From contig CAVUQO010000002.1 of NCBI GenBank assembly GCA_963743635.1, forward strand, positions 288,001 through 352,000: a stretch of 64,000 nucleotides of DNA, read 5' to 3'. The stretch's first letter is position 1, and each line of letters starts with the position of its first letter. Under the pieces are notes generated by a model. The model was not told where the DNA came from. It ran no database searches and worked only from the letters and a program-made list of their open reading frames with translations. The DNA comes from Candidatus Babeliales bacterium. GTDB lineage: Bacteria > Babelota > Babeliae > Babelales > Vermiphilaceae. Shown in pieces: positions 14,331-23,072 of this stretch. The position numbers and the translations under genes were made by a program.

Positions 14331-15218
14331 TTATTTCTGTTCAGCTTCATCAGCCCAACGTTCGAGATACTTTGCGCGGGTGATTAGTGGTGGATGTGGA
14401 TTCCAATGATCATGTTTGAATTTCATTAAAGAGCCAAGTGTCGATTTCGCTTGAGGAATACCGATTTCATTGGCAAGAACTTCTCCATCTTCTTGAAAAT
14501 CCTGTATTTGGGTATTGTCCATCTTGCGGAAGAAGGTTGCGACGGCACGAGCCAGAACCGGTTTATCCCTCAATGCTGCATCAGCATCTCTTTCTAAACA
14601 TTTGAGCATGCCAAGTTTGATGGGTATGGCGAGTGTATACAGCGCAGCTGCCAGCGGAATACGCAAGAGCGATCGTGTTATTGATGGGGGGATGATAGAT
14701 GCTTTTGCAGGAGATAATGCTTCTTTTACGCAATGCAGCCCGAACGGTAATGAGGCAGCAATTGCAGGAAAATAAGTGAGGTGATTTCTATCGATATGCC
14801 GTTTTTCGTGAAAAAGTGCACCAAGGAAAGCATCATCACTGAGACCGTCATATTTACTGGCAACCTCAATGGCGAGAGGGTTTATAATGATGGTGTTACG
14901 TGGTGCAGCCATCGCAAAGGGGAACTCTGGATGCTTCTTAATGGTCACTTCATCTAAATCATTGATTCCGTGCTGATGTGCTAATGCTAAAATATTTTCT
15001 CGATAGTTCGAGCAGATTGGCAGAGTTTCTTTTTCAATGATATCAATGATTTCCTCTCTTGCGACGATACTGTTGTAAGCAGGAAGTGCGACAATGGTAC
15101 CCCAATAGCCGGCAGCTCCAATGTAGGAGGCCAGTTTTTTGAATGGAGTTGCCTGAATCGATCCCAGGGATCCGATACTGAGCGCAAGCGCTATGATTTT
15201 ACCTATTCGTTTGTTCAT
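14331..15218 (-). CDS. Secreted M48-like zinc metalloprotease
   Basis: Signal peptide; HEKRH (HExxH), ERDAD, HPPLITR. Confidence 0.8.
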   Translation of the reverse strand: MNKRIGKIIALALSIGSLGSIQATPFKKLASYIGAAGYWGTIVALPAYNSIVAREEIIDIIEKETLPICSNYRENILALAHQHGINDLDEVTIKKHPEFPFAMAAPRNTIIINPLAIEVASKYDGLSDDAFLGALFHEKRHIDRNHLTYFPAIAASLPFGLHCVKEALSPAKASIIPPSITRSLLRIPLAAALYTLAIPIKLGMLKCLERDADAALRDKPVLARAVATFFRKMDNTQIQDFQEDGEVLANEIGIPQAKSTLGSLMKFKHDHWNPHPPLITRAKYLERWADEAEQK

Positions 15219-15263
15219 AATGATCTTTCATTTTTAGCTATTGTTAATAATCTACTACTTAAA

Positions 15264-15292
15264 ATATTATCAAATAGAAAACAGCTTGTAAA
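15264..15292 (-). promoter_or_regulatory. Sigma70-type promoter TTTACA-N17-TAATAT (extended TG)
   Basis: Near-identical arrangement at 21662-21690. Confidence 0.55.
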
Positions 15293-15440
15293 ATGGTGTG
15301 TAGGTTTGGCCTAGCCGCCACATTGATTTTATATACAGAGTAGAACAGGTTCGAATATCGCTCCACCTCATCCCTGAAGAATCGTTTGAGATCATTGCAT
15401 TGCATATGCTTGGATTTAATCCGTTAGAATCCTAATTCCT

Positions 15441-15483
15441 CTACACCACCGGTGCAGAATCATCCACAAGTCGAATCTCAATG
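15441..15483. repeat. 43-bp boundary repeat, copy 1
   Basis: CGGTGCAGAATCATCCACAAGTCGAATCTCAATG; other copies at 16901, 18202, 20171, 23073. Confidence 0.9.
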
Positions 15484-15653
15484 TGACCGATCGATGGCTA
15501 CCGTTCCCAGATATTTCATAGCAAAATACTTTATCTTTTAGTGGCATTGTATTACCTGTATACATGCTTTTTGCACTCAAAACCCTTTTTATATTTGGGA
15601 TATTAAGATATGCTAATGGGCGTTATGTTTTTTTGCAGTGAAGGTACCACATT

Positions 15654-16898
15654 ATGAATAAAAGAACTCAATTATTAAAGGTTATGATGTTCAATCTCCT
15701 TGTATGGACTCAAATGCAGGGGATGGACGCAGGCTCTTCTTTTACTGAACCTGAACAATATATAAAAAATTTTAATGAACGATATTTTCCTCGTAGGACT
15801 GAAGAGGAAAAAGCGCTAGAAGCGCTCGCAGATGGAATAGACAATCCATATCGTTTTGGACCTATTGCCATTGATCGAATAACTGCACAAGATCTTGCTG
15901 ATATAGAAGGTTTAAAAGAAGGTGAATCTCTCTTTCATATGGAATCCCGTATTAGAACGTATGTAGAAAAGCGAACGCTCATGGCAAAAGCGGGGCGACA
16001 ACGATGGTATGATAAGTTCATGGATTGGGATTGCAACGAACCAGACCGTGATGAGCATCTTATAAATTGTATTTTTGGAGCGGCTATTCGTAGAGAGGAT
16101 GTTCCTCTTGCAAAAGATTTACTTAAGCATGGCACAAATCCCAATAAAGACATACAGCTGCGCTGTGGTTATCGAGGGCAGCCTATTTTTGAAGTTATGA
16201 CAGTACCAATGCTTGATTTATTGGTTTCTCATGGAGTCGATCTTGATAAGCCTAATAGATATTATGGACCTGGATATTATCCACCACCTGGATATGAAGT
16301 ATCTCTCGTGCATCATGTAGTTGCATATAGGTCACCAGAAATTTTGGAGCGATTGCTTCAATGTCCAGGAGTTAACGTCAATGCCCGAAGGAACCCAGAA
16401 GCTAACTTCACTGGTCCAACGAGAAACGATCTTCCAGCTTCATACAGGCTTCCACCTTCATACAGGAGTGATATTAAGGACACGCCATTGCATGTATGGG
16501 CTAAGCTGTCCCCTTTTAAGTCGAAGTTTCTGGGTATACAAAAGCAGTTAATGAGTTTAATACGCGCCGGTGCCGATGTGACCTTAAAAAATAGCGAAAA
16601 TTACACAGCGCTTGATATTCTTCGCTCAAAGCTTGCAGATCCTTATGAATACGAGATGCAAATAGTAGTCCAACTCGTCGCCCAACTCGCTGCTTTAATG
16701 CCTCCACAGCCTCAAGCAGATATTGCAAGAAAGGCAGTAGTCGCCACAGAGGAATCAGCCTGCGTTATTTGCTTGGAAAATTTTCAACAATCTGATGATC
16801 GCACTACATTACCATGCGCACATGTATTTCATACGGCGTGTGTAAATCCCTGGATTGCATCAAACAGCACATGCCCTACTTGTAGAACTGCGATATAG
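15654..16898 (+). CDS. Secreted ankyrin-repeat protein with C-terminal RING-H2 (E3 ligase-like), copy 1
   Basis: Signal peptide; LLKHGTNPN, TPLHVWA, LIRAGADVTLKN..TALD; CVIC-x15-CAHVFHTAC-x10-CPTC. Confidence 0.92.
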   Translation: MNKRTQLLKVMMFNLLVWTQMQGMDAGSSFTEPEQYIKNFNERYFPRRTEEEKALEALADGIDNPYRFGPIAIDRITAQDLADIEGLKEGESLFHMESRIRTYVEKRTLMAKAGRQRWYDKFMDWDCNEPDRDEHLINCIFGAAIRREDVPLAKDLLKHGTNPNKDIQLRCGYRGQPIFEVMTVPMLDLLVSHGVDLDKPNRYYGPGYYPPPGYEVSLVHHVVAYRSPEILERLLQCPGVNVNARRNPEANFTGPTRNDLPASYRLPPSYRSDIKDTPLHVWAKLSPFKSKFLGIQKQLMSLIRAGADVTLKNSENYTALDILRSKLADPYEYEMQIVVQLVAQLAALMPPQPQADIARKAVVATEESACVICLENFQQSDDRTTLPCAHVFHTACVNPWIASNSTCPTCRTAI

Positions 16899-16900
16899 AT

Positions 16901-16943
16901 CTATACCGTCGGCGCGGAATCATCCACAAGTCTAATCTCAATG
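16901..16943. repeat. 43-bp boundary repeat, copy 2
   Basis: CTATACCGTCGGCGCGGAATCATCCACAAGTCTAATCTCAATG. Confidence 0.9.
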
Positions 16944-17107
16944 TGGTTGATCGATGGATATTGTTCTAATCTTCCATAGAAAAATACTTTATCTTTCAGC
17001 GATATAGTACACCTGTATACATGCTTTTTGCACTCAAAACCTTTTTATATTTGGGATATTAAGATATACTCATGGGCGCTATATTTTTGCAGTGAAGGTA
17101 CCACATT

Positions 17108-18199
17108 ATGAATAAAAGAACTCAGTTATTAAAGGTTATGATGTTCAATCTCCTTGTATGGACTCAAATGCAGGGGATGGACACTGATTCTTCTTTTACT
17201 GAAGAGGAAAAAGCGCTCCAAGCGCTCGAAGATGGAACAGGCAATCCATATCGTTTTGGACCTATTGCCATTGATCGAATAACCGCACAAGATCTTGCTG
17301 ATATAGAAGATTTAAAAGAACGTTATTCTCGCTATCTTATGACATTCGATATTAGAACGTATGTAGAAAAGCGAACGCTCATGGCAAAAGCGGGGCGACA
17401 ACGATGGTATGATAAGTTCATGGATTGGGATTGCAACGAACCAGACCGTTATAAGCCTCTTATAGATAAGATTTTTGAAGCGGCTCTTAGTAGAGAGGAT
17501 CTTCCTCTTGCAAAAGATTTATTTAAGCATGGCGCGTATCCCAATGAACGCATAGCGCGGGGGCCTTTTTTGGGAGTTAGAACAGTACCGATGCTTGATT
17601 TATTGATTTCTCATGGAGTCGATATTGATAAGACTGGATGTAATCTACCTATCGTGCATAATGCAGTTGCATATGACTCACCAAAATTTTTGGAGCGATT
17701 GCTTCAATGCCCAGGAGTTAACGTCAATGCCCGAAGTAACCCTGGTCGAATGAAAGACGTTTTTGAATGGAGGCAAGATTTTGAGGACACGCCATTGCAT
17801 GTATGGGCTAAGCTGTGCCCTTGGGAGTCGCGGTTTCCGGGTATACAAAAGAAGTTAATGATTTTAATACGCGCCGGTGCCGATGTGACCTTAAAAAATA
17901 GCAAGAATCACACAGCGCTTGATATTCTTCGCTCACATATTGCAGATCGTACATATTGTGTAATGCTGCGCGAACTCGCCGACCAACTCGCTGCTTTAAT
18001 GCCTCCACAGCCTCAAGCAGATATTGCAAGAAAGGCAGTAGTCGCCACAGAGGAATCAGCCTGCGTTATTTGCTTGGAAAATTTTCAACAATCTGATGAT
18101 CGCACTACATTACCATGCGCACATGTATTTCATACGGCGTGTGTAAATCCCTGGATTGCATCAAACCGCACATGCCCTACTTGTAGAACTGCGATATAG
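17108..18199 (+). CDS. Secreted ankyrin-repeat protein with C-terminal RING-H2, copy 2
   Basis: Tandem paralog of 15654; same signal peptide and nearly identical RING. Confidence 0.92.
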   Translation: MNKRTQLLKVMMFNLLVWTQMQGMDTDSSFTEEEKALQALEDGTGNPYRFGPIAIDRITAQDLADIEDLKERYSRYLMTFDIRTYVEKRTLMAKAGRQRWYDKFMDWDCNEPDRYKPLIDKIFEAALSREDLPLAKDLFKHGAYPNERIARGPFLGVRTVPMLDLLISHGVDIDKTGCNLPIVHNAVAYDSPKFLERLLQCPGVNVNARSNPGRMKDVFEWRQDFEDTPLHVWAKLCPWESRFPGIQKKLMILIRAGADVTLKNSKNHTALDILRSHIADRTYCVMLRELADQLAALMPPQPQADIARKAVVATEESACVICLENFQQSDDRTTLPCAHVFHTACVNPWIASNRTCPTCRTAI

Positions 18200-18201
18200 A
18201 T

Positions 18202-18244
18202 CTACATCGTCGGCGCGGAATCATCCACAAGTCTAATCTCAATG
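18202..18244. repeat. 43-bp boundary repeat, copy 3
   Basis: CTACATCGTCGGCGCGGAATCATCCACAAGTCTAATCTCAATG. Confidence 0.9.
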
Positions 18245-18405
18245 TGGTTGATCGATGGATATTGTTCTAATCTTCCATAGCAAAATACTTTATCTTTTAG
18301 TGGCATTAATATCTGTACACATGTCTTTTTTGCATTCAAAGCATTTTGTATTTGGGGATTATGGTATGCTAATAGACGTATTTTTTGAAACGAAAGAGAT
18401 TATAT

Positions 18406-19260
18406 ATGAATAAAAAAATGCAGTGGATAGCGGTGATGTGCATTGGGTTTTTGACGGGGTGCGTAAGCGCTATGAATGATCGTGGCATGCACTGGGCATG
18501 TTTTAACGATGATCATGATCAAGCTCAGGAATTACTAAACGAAAGTAAAAATAGTGTCCATAATTTTACCTTGAACAATGTAGAAATCAGATCTATACCC
18601 GTTCTCTTTTTTGCCAAATCAATTAAGATTGCGGATTTATTAATGCGATATGGTGCGGATCCATATCAGGTAGCTACTTATTATCCCCATGGTGGTGAAA
18701 CTATTATTCATAATTCAATGAGCGCAGATTATTCGATTCCACTTTTGAAACATTATATTGATACTGTACGAATTAATATCAATACAACCACAGCAAATAA
18801 AGATACCCCCTTGCATTATTGGGCACGTTCATCACTTTTTACGTCATCACATTATTTAGGTGTGCAGCCGTATTCAGGGTATTTATCTATCGCACAAGAA
18901 AAATTAAAGATACTCATCGCAGCGGGGGCAAATACAATGCTCAAAAATGCTACGGGGGATACAGCTTTGGATGTTCTCCGACGAAAAAAACTTTCATATA
19001 TTGACAGGCTTCCTGTTACAAAGCAAGAGCGTGAATTGCGAAATGAGGCTTTTGACATACTTGCTCTGCTGCTTAATGCGGCAACAAGAAAACAAATTGC
19101 AAGCATGCCAGAACAGCCTTTTTGTGTTATTTGTCAGGGCGAGCTTGAAGAATCTGATGATCGCACTAGATTACCTTGTACACATGTATTTCATATGACG
19201 TGTATAAATAGCTGGATTACATTAAACGGAATTTGTCCTACTTGTAGAAGAGAAGTATGA
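18406..19260 (+). CDS. Secreted ankyrin-repeat protein with C-terminal RING-H2, copy 3 (divergent)
   Basis: Signal ..CVSA|MN; LMRYGADP, DTPLHYWA, GDTALD; CVIC..LPCTHVFHMTC..WI..CPTCR. Confidence 0.9.
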   Translation: MNKKMQWIAVMCIGFLTGCVSAMNDRGMHWACFNDDHDQAQELLNESKNSVHNFTLNNVEIRSIPVLFFAKSIKIADLLMRYGADPYQVATYYPHGGETIIHNSMSADYSIPLLKHYIDTVRININTTTANKDTPLHYWARSSLFTSSHYLGVQPYSGYLSIAQEKLKILIAAGANTMLKNATGDTALDVLRRKKLSYIDRLPVTKQERELRNEAFDILALLLNAATRKQIASMPEQPFCVICQGELEESDDRTRLPCTHVFHMTCINSWITLNGICPTCRREV

Positions 19261-20162
19261 AAATGAATTACATGAAAAACGCTTATTTTAATCTTATCGC
19301 GCTTGTGGCGCTTTGCATGAGTGAGTCGCTGTATGCAATGGATCAGTTGAGAGCTTTTGAAAATTATTTTCAAAATGGTGATCTGTGGGTCGATGAAAAT
19401 GAAGATGTAATGTCTGATCATATCGTCAAAATACAGAATCATCTTGATGTGCAGCGGCATCTTGGAATGCGGACATATCCCCCGATAAAGACACCGCCCC
19501 CTTTAAATGATGCAACGCAATTAAAATCAGCATTGATGCCACAAAATGATATTGATCGACTTTATGGAGAATACGAGCAGCATGTAAATAAATTTGTTGG
19601 CGCTGTTGTATGTCAGCAAGAGGTTTTAAAGCGTTTGAGGCAAGAAGCATCAAAGTCAGAAAAGCAGACTGGCTTCTTTATTGAATTGCATCGAATATTC
19701 GAAGGTGTTGAGGCATTGATACTGGCTGGTTCAAAATGGCTTGCCGTAACCCGAGAATCGGGCGTAGAGCATTATCTCATTTTAGAGAAATGTCGGCCTT
19801 CTATGGAACAGCAAAAGTACATCAAGTATCGCGTTGATACTCCCGCAATACGAGCAGAATTTTGGAAGTATGCACTGCAACAAGCGCTCTTAAATAATTG
19901 GCAGGCGCATTACAACGATGAGCATTATTGTTTTTGGAAGCATGCAAGCCCACTATCAATGCTCATCATACGGCACCAACTCTATAAAGGGTTTGAAGGT
20001 TTAGACTATAAAAAGACCACTGAATATACTGGTCCTCCGCTTTGTCGCCTAAAATTTAAGGACGGAAAGTTTTGTAATTGGCCGTATGAGAAATTAGAAA
20101 AGTTGCTGGCATTAGCGGATGAAGAGGCGAATGAGCTTAATACAGAACTGCTCTGGAAGTAA
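19257..20162 (+). CDS. Secreted hypothetical protein
   Basis: 301-aa ORF overlapping the RING gene stop (ATGA); signal ..SLYA|MD. Confidence 0.8.
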   Translation: MKMNYMKNAYFNLIALVALCMSESLYAMDQLRAFENYFQNGDLWVDENEDVMSDHIVKIQNHLDVQRHLGMRTYPPIKTPPPLNDATQLKSALMPQNDIDRLYGEYEQHVNKFVGAVVCQQEVLKRLRQEASKSEKQTGFFIELHRIFEGVEALILAGSKWLAVTRESGVEHYLILEKCRPSMEQQKYIKYRVDTPAIRAEFWKYALQQALLNNWQAHYNDEHYCFWKHASPLSMLIIRHQLYKGFEGLDYKKTTEYTGPPLCRLKFKDGKFCNWPYEKLEKLLALADEEANELNTELLWK

Positions 20163-20170
20163 AGGGGGAT

Positions 20171-20428
20171 CTATGCCGTCGGCGCAGTGTCATCCACAAG
20201 CCGAATCTCAATGCGTTCTATTCCTTTTCCCGGGCGATCTCTTTTGAGCGTCACAAACCCAACTTCACTGGTTTTCGCTATGATCATTTGAACACCATAT
20301 ATATTGTCACGTATGTATCGATTATCATCCGCTTCTCCATCTTTAAGATATTTTTCAAGCGTAGGTTTCTCCATGGCGAGGAGTGGAGATGTCATCATGG
20401 ATAGAATGAAAACGAGTTGTTTTTTCAT
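20171..20428 (-). CDS. Small secreted protein whose C-terminus is encoded by the 43-bp repeat (copy 4)
   Basis: Signal ..PLLA|ME; N-terminal half paralogous to the 20443 gene (YIRDNIYG vs HIRDNICG); ends IEIRLVDDTAPTA. Confidence 0.7.
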   Translation of the reverse strand: MKKQLVFILSMMTSPLLAMEKPTLEKYLKDGEADDNRYIRDNIYGVQMIIAKTSEVGFVTLKRDRPGKGIERIEIRLVDDTAPTA

Positions 20429-20442
20429 GGAATTCCTTCGAA

Positions 20443-20913
20443 TTAATTAGTTACTATTTTTTCAGAAGAACCAAACTTCTTCTCGTATTCTTTAATGTTA
20501 TATTGCCGTCGCTTTTCCATGAGCTGTGCCAGGCGATCATTCATGTTAGCAGTGAAAGCCTCTAGTGCTTTATGCGCTTCTTCAATCGATATATTTTCCA
20601 CTACTTTTCGCTCAATAAAGCCTTCTTTGTCATGTTTGTCTATCTTTAACAGGGTAACAGAGTAAGGAGTTTTATCTTCTATTTGCATGAGTGTTTTCAT
20701 GAACTTTTTTGCCTCAGGGCAAGAGAGAAGATATCCCATAGGCCAGAAGCAGCCTTTTTTCTCTACTATTATTTCAGTGCCACAAATATTATCTCTAATG
20801 TGGGCTTCATCTTCTACTTTTTGTTCCTCGAGATATTCCTCTACATTTTCATAGTTCTTACCAAAAATTGGCAATACCATTATTGATAACATTAAAACAA
20901 GATTCTTATTCAT
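20443..20913 (-). CDS. Secreted hypothetical protein
   Basis: Signal MNKNLVLMLSIMVLPIFG; paralog of the 20171 gene. Confidence 0.75.
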   Translation of the reverse strand: MNKNLVLMLSIMVLPIFGKNYENVEEYLEEQKVEDEAHIRDNICGTEIIVEKKGCFWPMGYLLSCPEAKKFMKTLMQIEDKTPYSVTLLKIDKHDKEGFIERKVVENISIEEAHKALEAFTANMNDRLAQLMEKRRQYNIKEYEKKFGSSEKIVTN

Positions 20914-21028
20914 ATGCATTCTTTGGGATATAGGGTTGAAAAATTCAAGAACTGAGCGCCATTGTATCAAGTTTGAATATACTCCGCAATCAACTGCGGA
21001 ATCGGGGAGTAAAGGTCTTTTTAACAGT

Positions 21029-21057
21029 AAAAAAAGCCGCCCCGAAGGACGGCTTTT
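21029..21057. terminator. Terminator hairpin
   Basis: AAAAGCCGCCCCGAAGGACGGCTTTT downstream of the 21088 gene. Confidence 0.75.
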
Positions 21058-21087
21058 AAAAATTCAAGGTGGAGTTGCTTTTGCTGT

Positions 21088-21612
21088 TTAGTTGTCTTTA
21101 GCATGGATGTATTCATTCATCGCGAAAGCTCCCAAACCAGTTGCTATCATAGCTAATCCGGCTGTTTCACCTACTCTTCCACAACGCGATAAGATCTTTG
21201 CTGTTCGTGCAGTGCGATATTTATCGCTGAGTATTAACGGAATAACTTGGATACCAGATCCGACCATATAAGTCGTGTATCCTGTGCCTATCATACCGAA
21301 TGCTATGCTGGAGCCTTTCGAATATGTAGAACGTTGCGGAGTTTTTACTTCGGTAGTGTTTTTAGTTGCTTCAGCAGGTTCTTTAATATCAATAATGGTT
21401 TTAGTTTTTTCAGCAGGTTTTGTAATACCAACATCAGCGCTGTTAGTTCTTTCAGCAGGTTTTGTAATACCAACATCAATTGCGGTAAAATCGGTTTTTT
21501 TGAGCGCTGCTATTACTTCGTTGCATAGATCCCTAATAAAATTAGCTTTAATCGTTCCCAAGGCGCTGGTAGCCAAAACGATGACTGCTATTTTTAGTAT
21601 TCGTTTCTTCAT
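21088..21612 (-). CDS. Secreted/membrane protein with internal DVGITKPAE repeats
   Basis: Signal peptide; three degenerate 14-aa repeats; two C-terminal hydrophobic helices. Confidence 0.78.
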   Translation of the reverse strand: MKKRILKIAVIVLATSALGTIKANFIRDLCNEVIAALKKTDFTAIDVGITKPAERTNSADVGITKPAEKTKTIIDIKEPAEATKNTTEVKTPQRSTYSKGSSIAFGMIGTGYTTYMVGSGIQVIPLILSDKYRTARTAKILSRCGRVGETAGLAMIATGLGAFAMNEYIHAKDN

Positions 21613-21661
21613 AATTACCTCTCATTTATTAGGCATTGTTAATACTATGTTTTCACTTCTA

Positions 21662-21690
21662 AGATTACCAAATAGAAAAATTATTGTAAA
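21662..21690 (-). promoter_or_regulatory. Sigma70-type promoter TTTACA-N17-TAATCT
   Basis: Homologous to 15264-15292. Confidence 0.55.
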
Positions 21691-21759
21691 AGGGGCGCTC
21701 TGGGAGGCCTTTTTTAGATGGGTATGCCTGGAAAAAGCATATTGGCCCAGGTTTGGGCT

Positions 21760-21837
21760 GATTACGCCATCAAAAATGGCGACGCTAATATGCTCGAACT
21801 CTTCTATACCGACTATTTACAGCGGTTATATCAGTAA
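21760..21837 (+). repeat. holA-like 3' end, copy 3 (78 bp, one GGC deleted)
   Basis: Direct comparison with 9317-9397. Confidence 0.93.
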
Positions 21838-21881
21838 GCTTATATGATAATCATAATCACATTACCAAGAGGTATCTCATT

Positions 21882-22025
21882 ATGGCATCTTCTTCAGGAA
21901 TCATAGAAATTGATGGCTTTAAACTGCGTTATGCAATCGAAGGTTCGGGCAAGCCTGCGCTCGTAATTGGCAGTGCCATCTACTATCCACGCACCTTTTC
22001 ACAAAATTTGCGCAATCATCTGTAG
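21882..22025 (+). pseudogene. Truncated 5' duplicate of the 11139 alpha/beta hydrolase
   Basis: MASSSGIIEIDGFKLRYAIEGSGKPALVIGSAIYYPRTFSQNLRNHL then TAG; RBS region also shared. Confidence 0.9.
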
Positions 22026-22058
22026 CTCAAAGCAGATTTGTATGCCTTGGTATTGCGA

Positions 22059-22520
22059 TTAATCCTCACGTCTGAGCCTTTGTTGCATCTCTACGTATTG
22101 CTTAATATCTGTCCCGAGTATATCAAAAAATTGCCTATCAACCGCCTCAACCAAGGGAATCGCCTGCTCAACAATCGCAGCACCGTGCTCTGTGACCTGC
22201 GAAAATTTCGAACGTGCATCATCTTCACGCTGCAGACGCTTAACGTATCCTTTTCGCTCAAGCGATCGCAGGACTTGCGAAGTCATAGTCACATCGGTGC
22301 CACAGTGCTGGGCAAGTTTCACTTGTGTCATGCCAGCATTATTTCTTGTTGTCCAGCCAAGACTCGCCAACAAGACAAACTGTTGATAAGTAAGTCCAAT
22401 TTTTGCGAGTTCAGTTTCAATGTGCCAGCGCCACTGCGTACTCACTTTCCATAACAAAAAGCCTGGACTTGGTTCAGCTCCTTCAAATCTCGTTATTTTT
22501 TTATGGGTAGTTTTTTTCAT
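22059..22520 (-). CDS. MarR family transcriptional regulator
   Basis: SPGFLLWKV..GLTYQQFVLL..MTSQVLRSLERKGYVKR..DARSK. Confidence 0.93.
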   Translation of the reverse strand: MKKTTHKKITRFEGAEPSPGFLLWKVSTQWRWHIETELAKIGLTYQQFVLLASLGWTTRNNAGMTQVKLAQHCGTDVTMTSQVLRSLERKGYVKRLQREDDARSKFSQVTEHGAAIVEQAIPLVEAVDRQFFDILGTDIKQYVEMQQRLRRED

Positions 22521-22954
22521 GAGTTTATCTCAGCTTTACTGAGCTCTTCAGCTATTTTAATCATTGCCGCCATTTCAATAGGAATTTTCTTTTTTATGTC
22601 TTGACCAATCAAGAATACCCAAATGAATGCAAGAGGTCCACGTATCTCAGTCTGAAAAGTGACAATCGTTTTGCTGTCTCTTTCAATTAAAAAGTGTGAC
22701 ATAATAATGCGCGCAAGAGGAACTTTAGCCTCTTGAACAAACACTGTCATGGGCTCTACTCTGGTGAGTTTCGTTTGCAAAACCGGACCATCTTTAGGTT
22801 TAAGCTCCCCGGTTGTTCCCGTTGCGAACGGCCCATTAATTGAGCTGCGTTCAGTGCCGTGATCCCACATTGGCCAGTTACTGACATCACTCAAAACTTT
22901 CCAGATTGCCCAAGCAGGTACAGTAGTTTGCACTGAGTGTTTGGTGATAAGCAT
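22517..22954 (-). CDS. SRPBCC / polyketide cyclase-like protein
   Basis: IWKVLSDVSNWPMWD..GPFATGTTG; overlaps the MarR start. Confidence 0.88.
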   Translation of the reverse strand: MLITKHSVQTTVPAWAIWKVLSDVSNWPMWDHGTERSSINGPFATGTTGELKPKDGPVLQTKLTRVEPMTVFVQEAKVPLARIIMSHFLIERDSKTIVTFQTEIRGPLAFIWVFLIGQDIKKKIPIEMAAMIKIAEELSKAEINS

Positions 22955-23072
22955 AAATCCTCCAACTATTTTAAAACAATATATGTATGTATATAGTATG
23001 CATGCATATATTGTTTTGTCAAAACAAAGGAGGAGTTGGAGTTACTGAAAGGCCTTTCTGGGGACTATTCTG

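Noticed and set aside
15460..15468. TCATCCACA in the repeat as a DnaA box or origin
   Set aside because: One mismatch from consensus, single box per repeat, no clustering or origin context
16901..17045. Conserved small minus-strand ORF ending IEIRLVDDSAPTV
   Set aside because: No ATG start in copy 2 and an in-frame stop in copy 1; at most a gene-tail remnant
15654..18199. Diversity-generating retroelement behind the ANK variation
   Set aside because: No reverse transcriptase in the window; differences are not adenine-specific and include indels
21275..21847. 190-aa plus-strand ORF and similar antisense ORFs (e.g. 38432, 5355, 62742)
   Set aside because: Shadow frames of better-supported genes on the opposite strand
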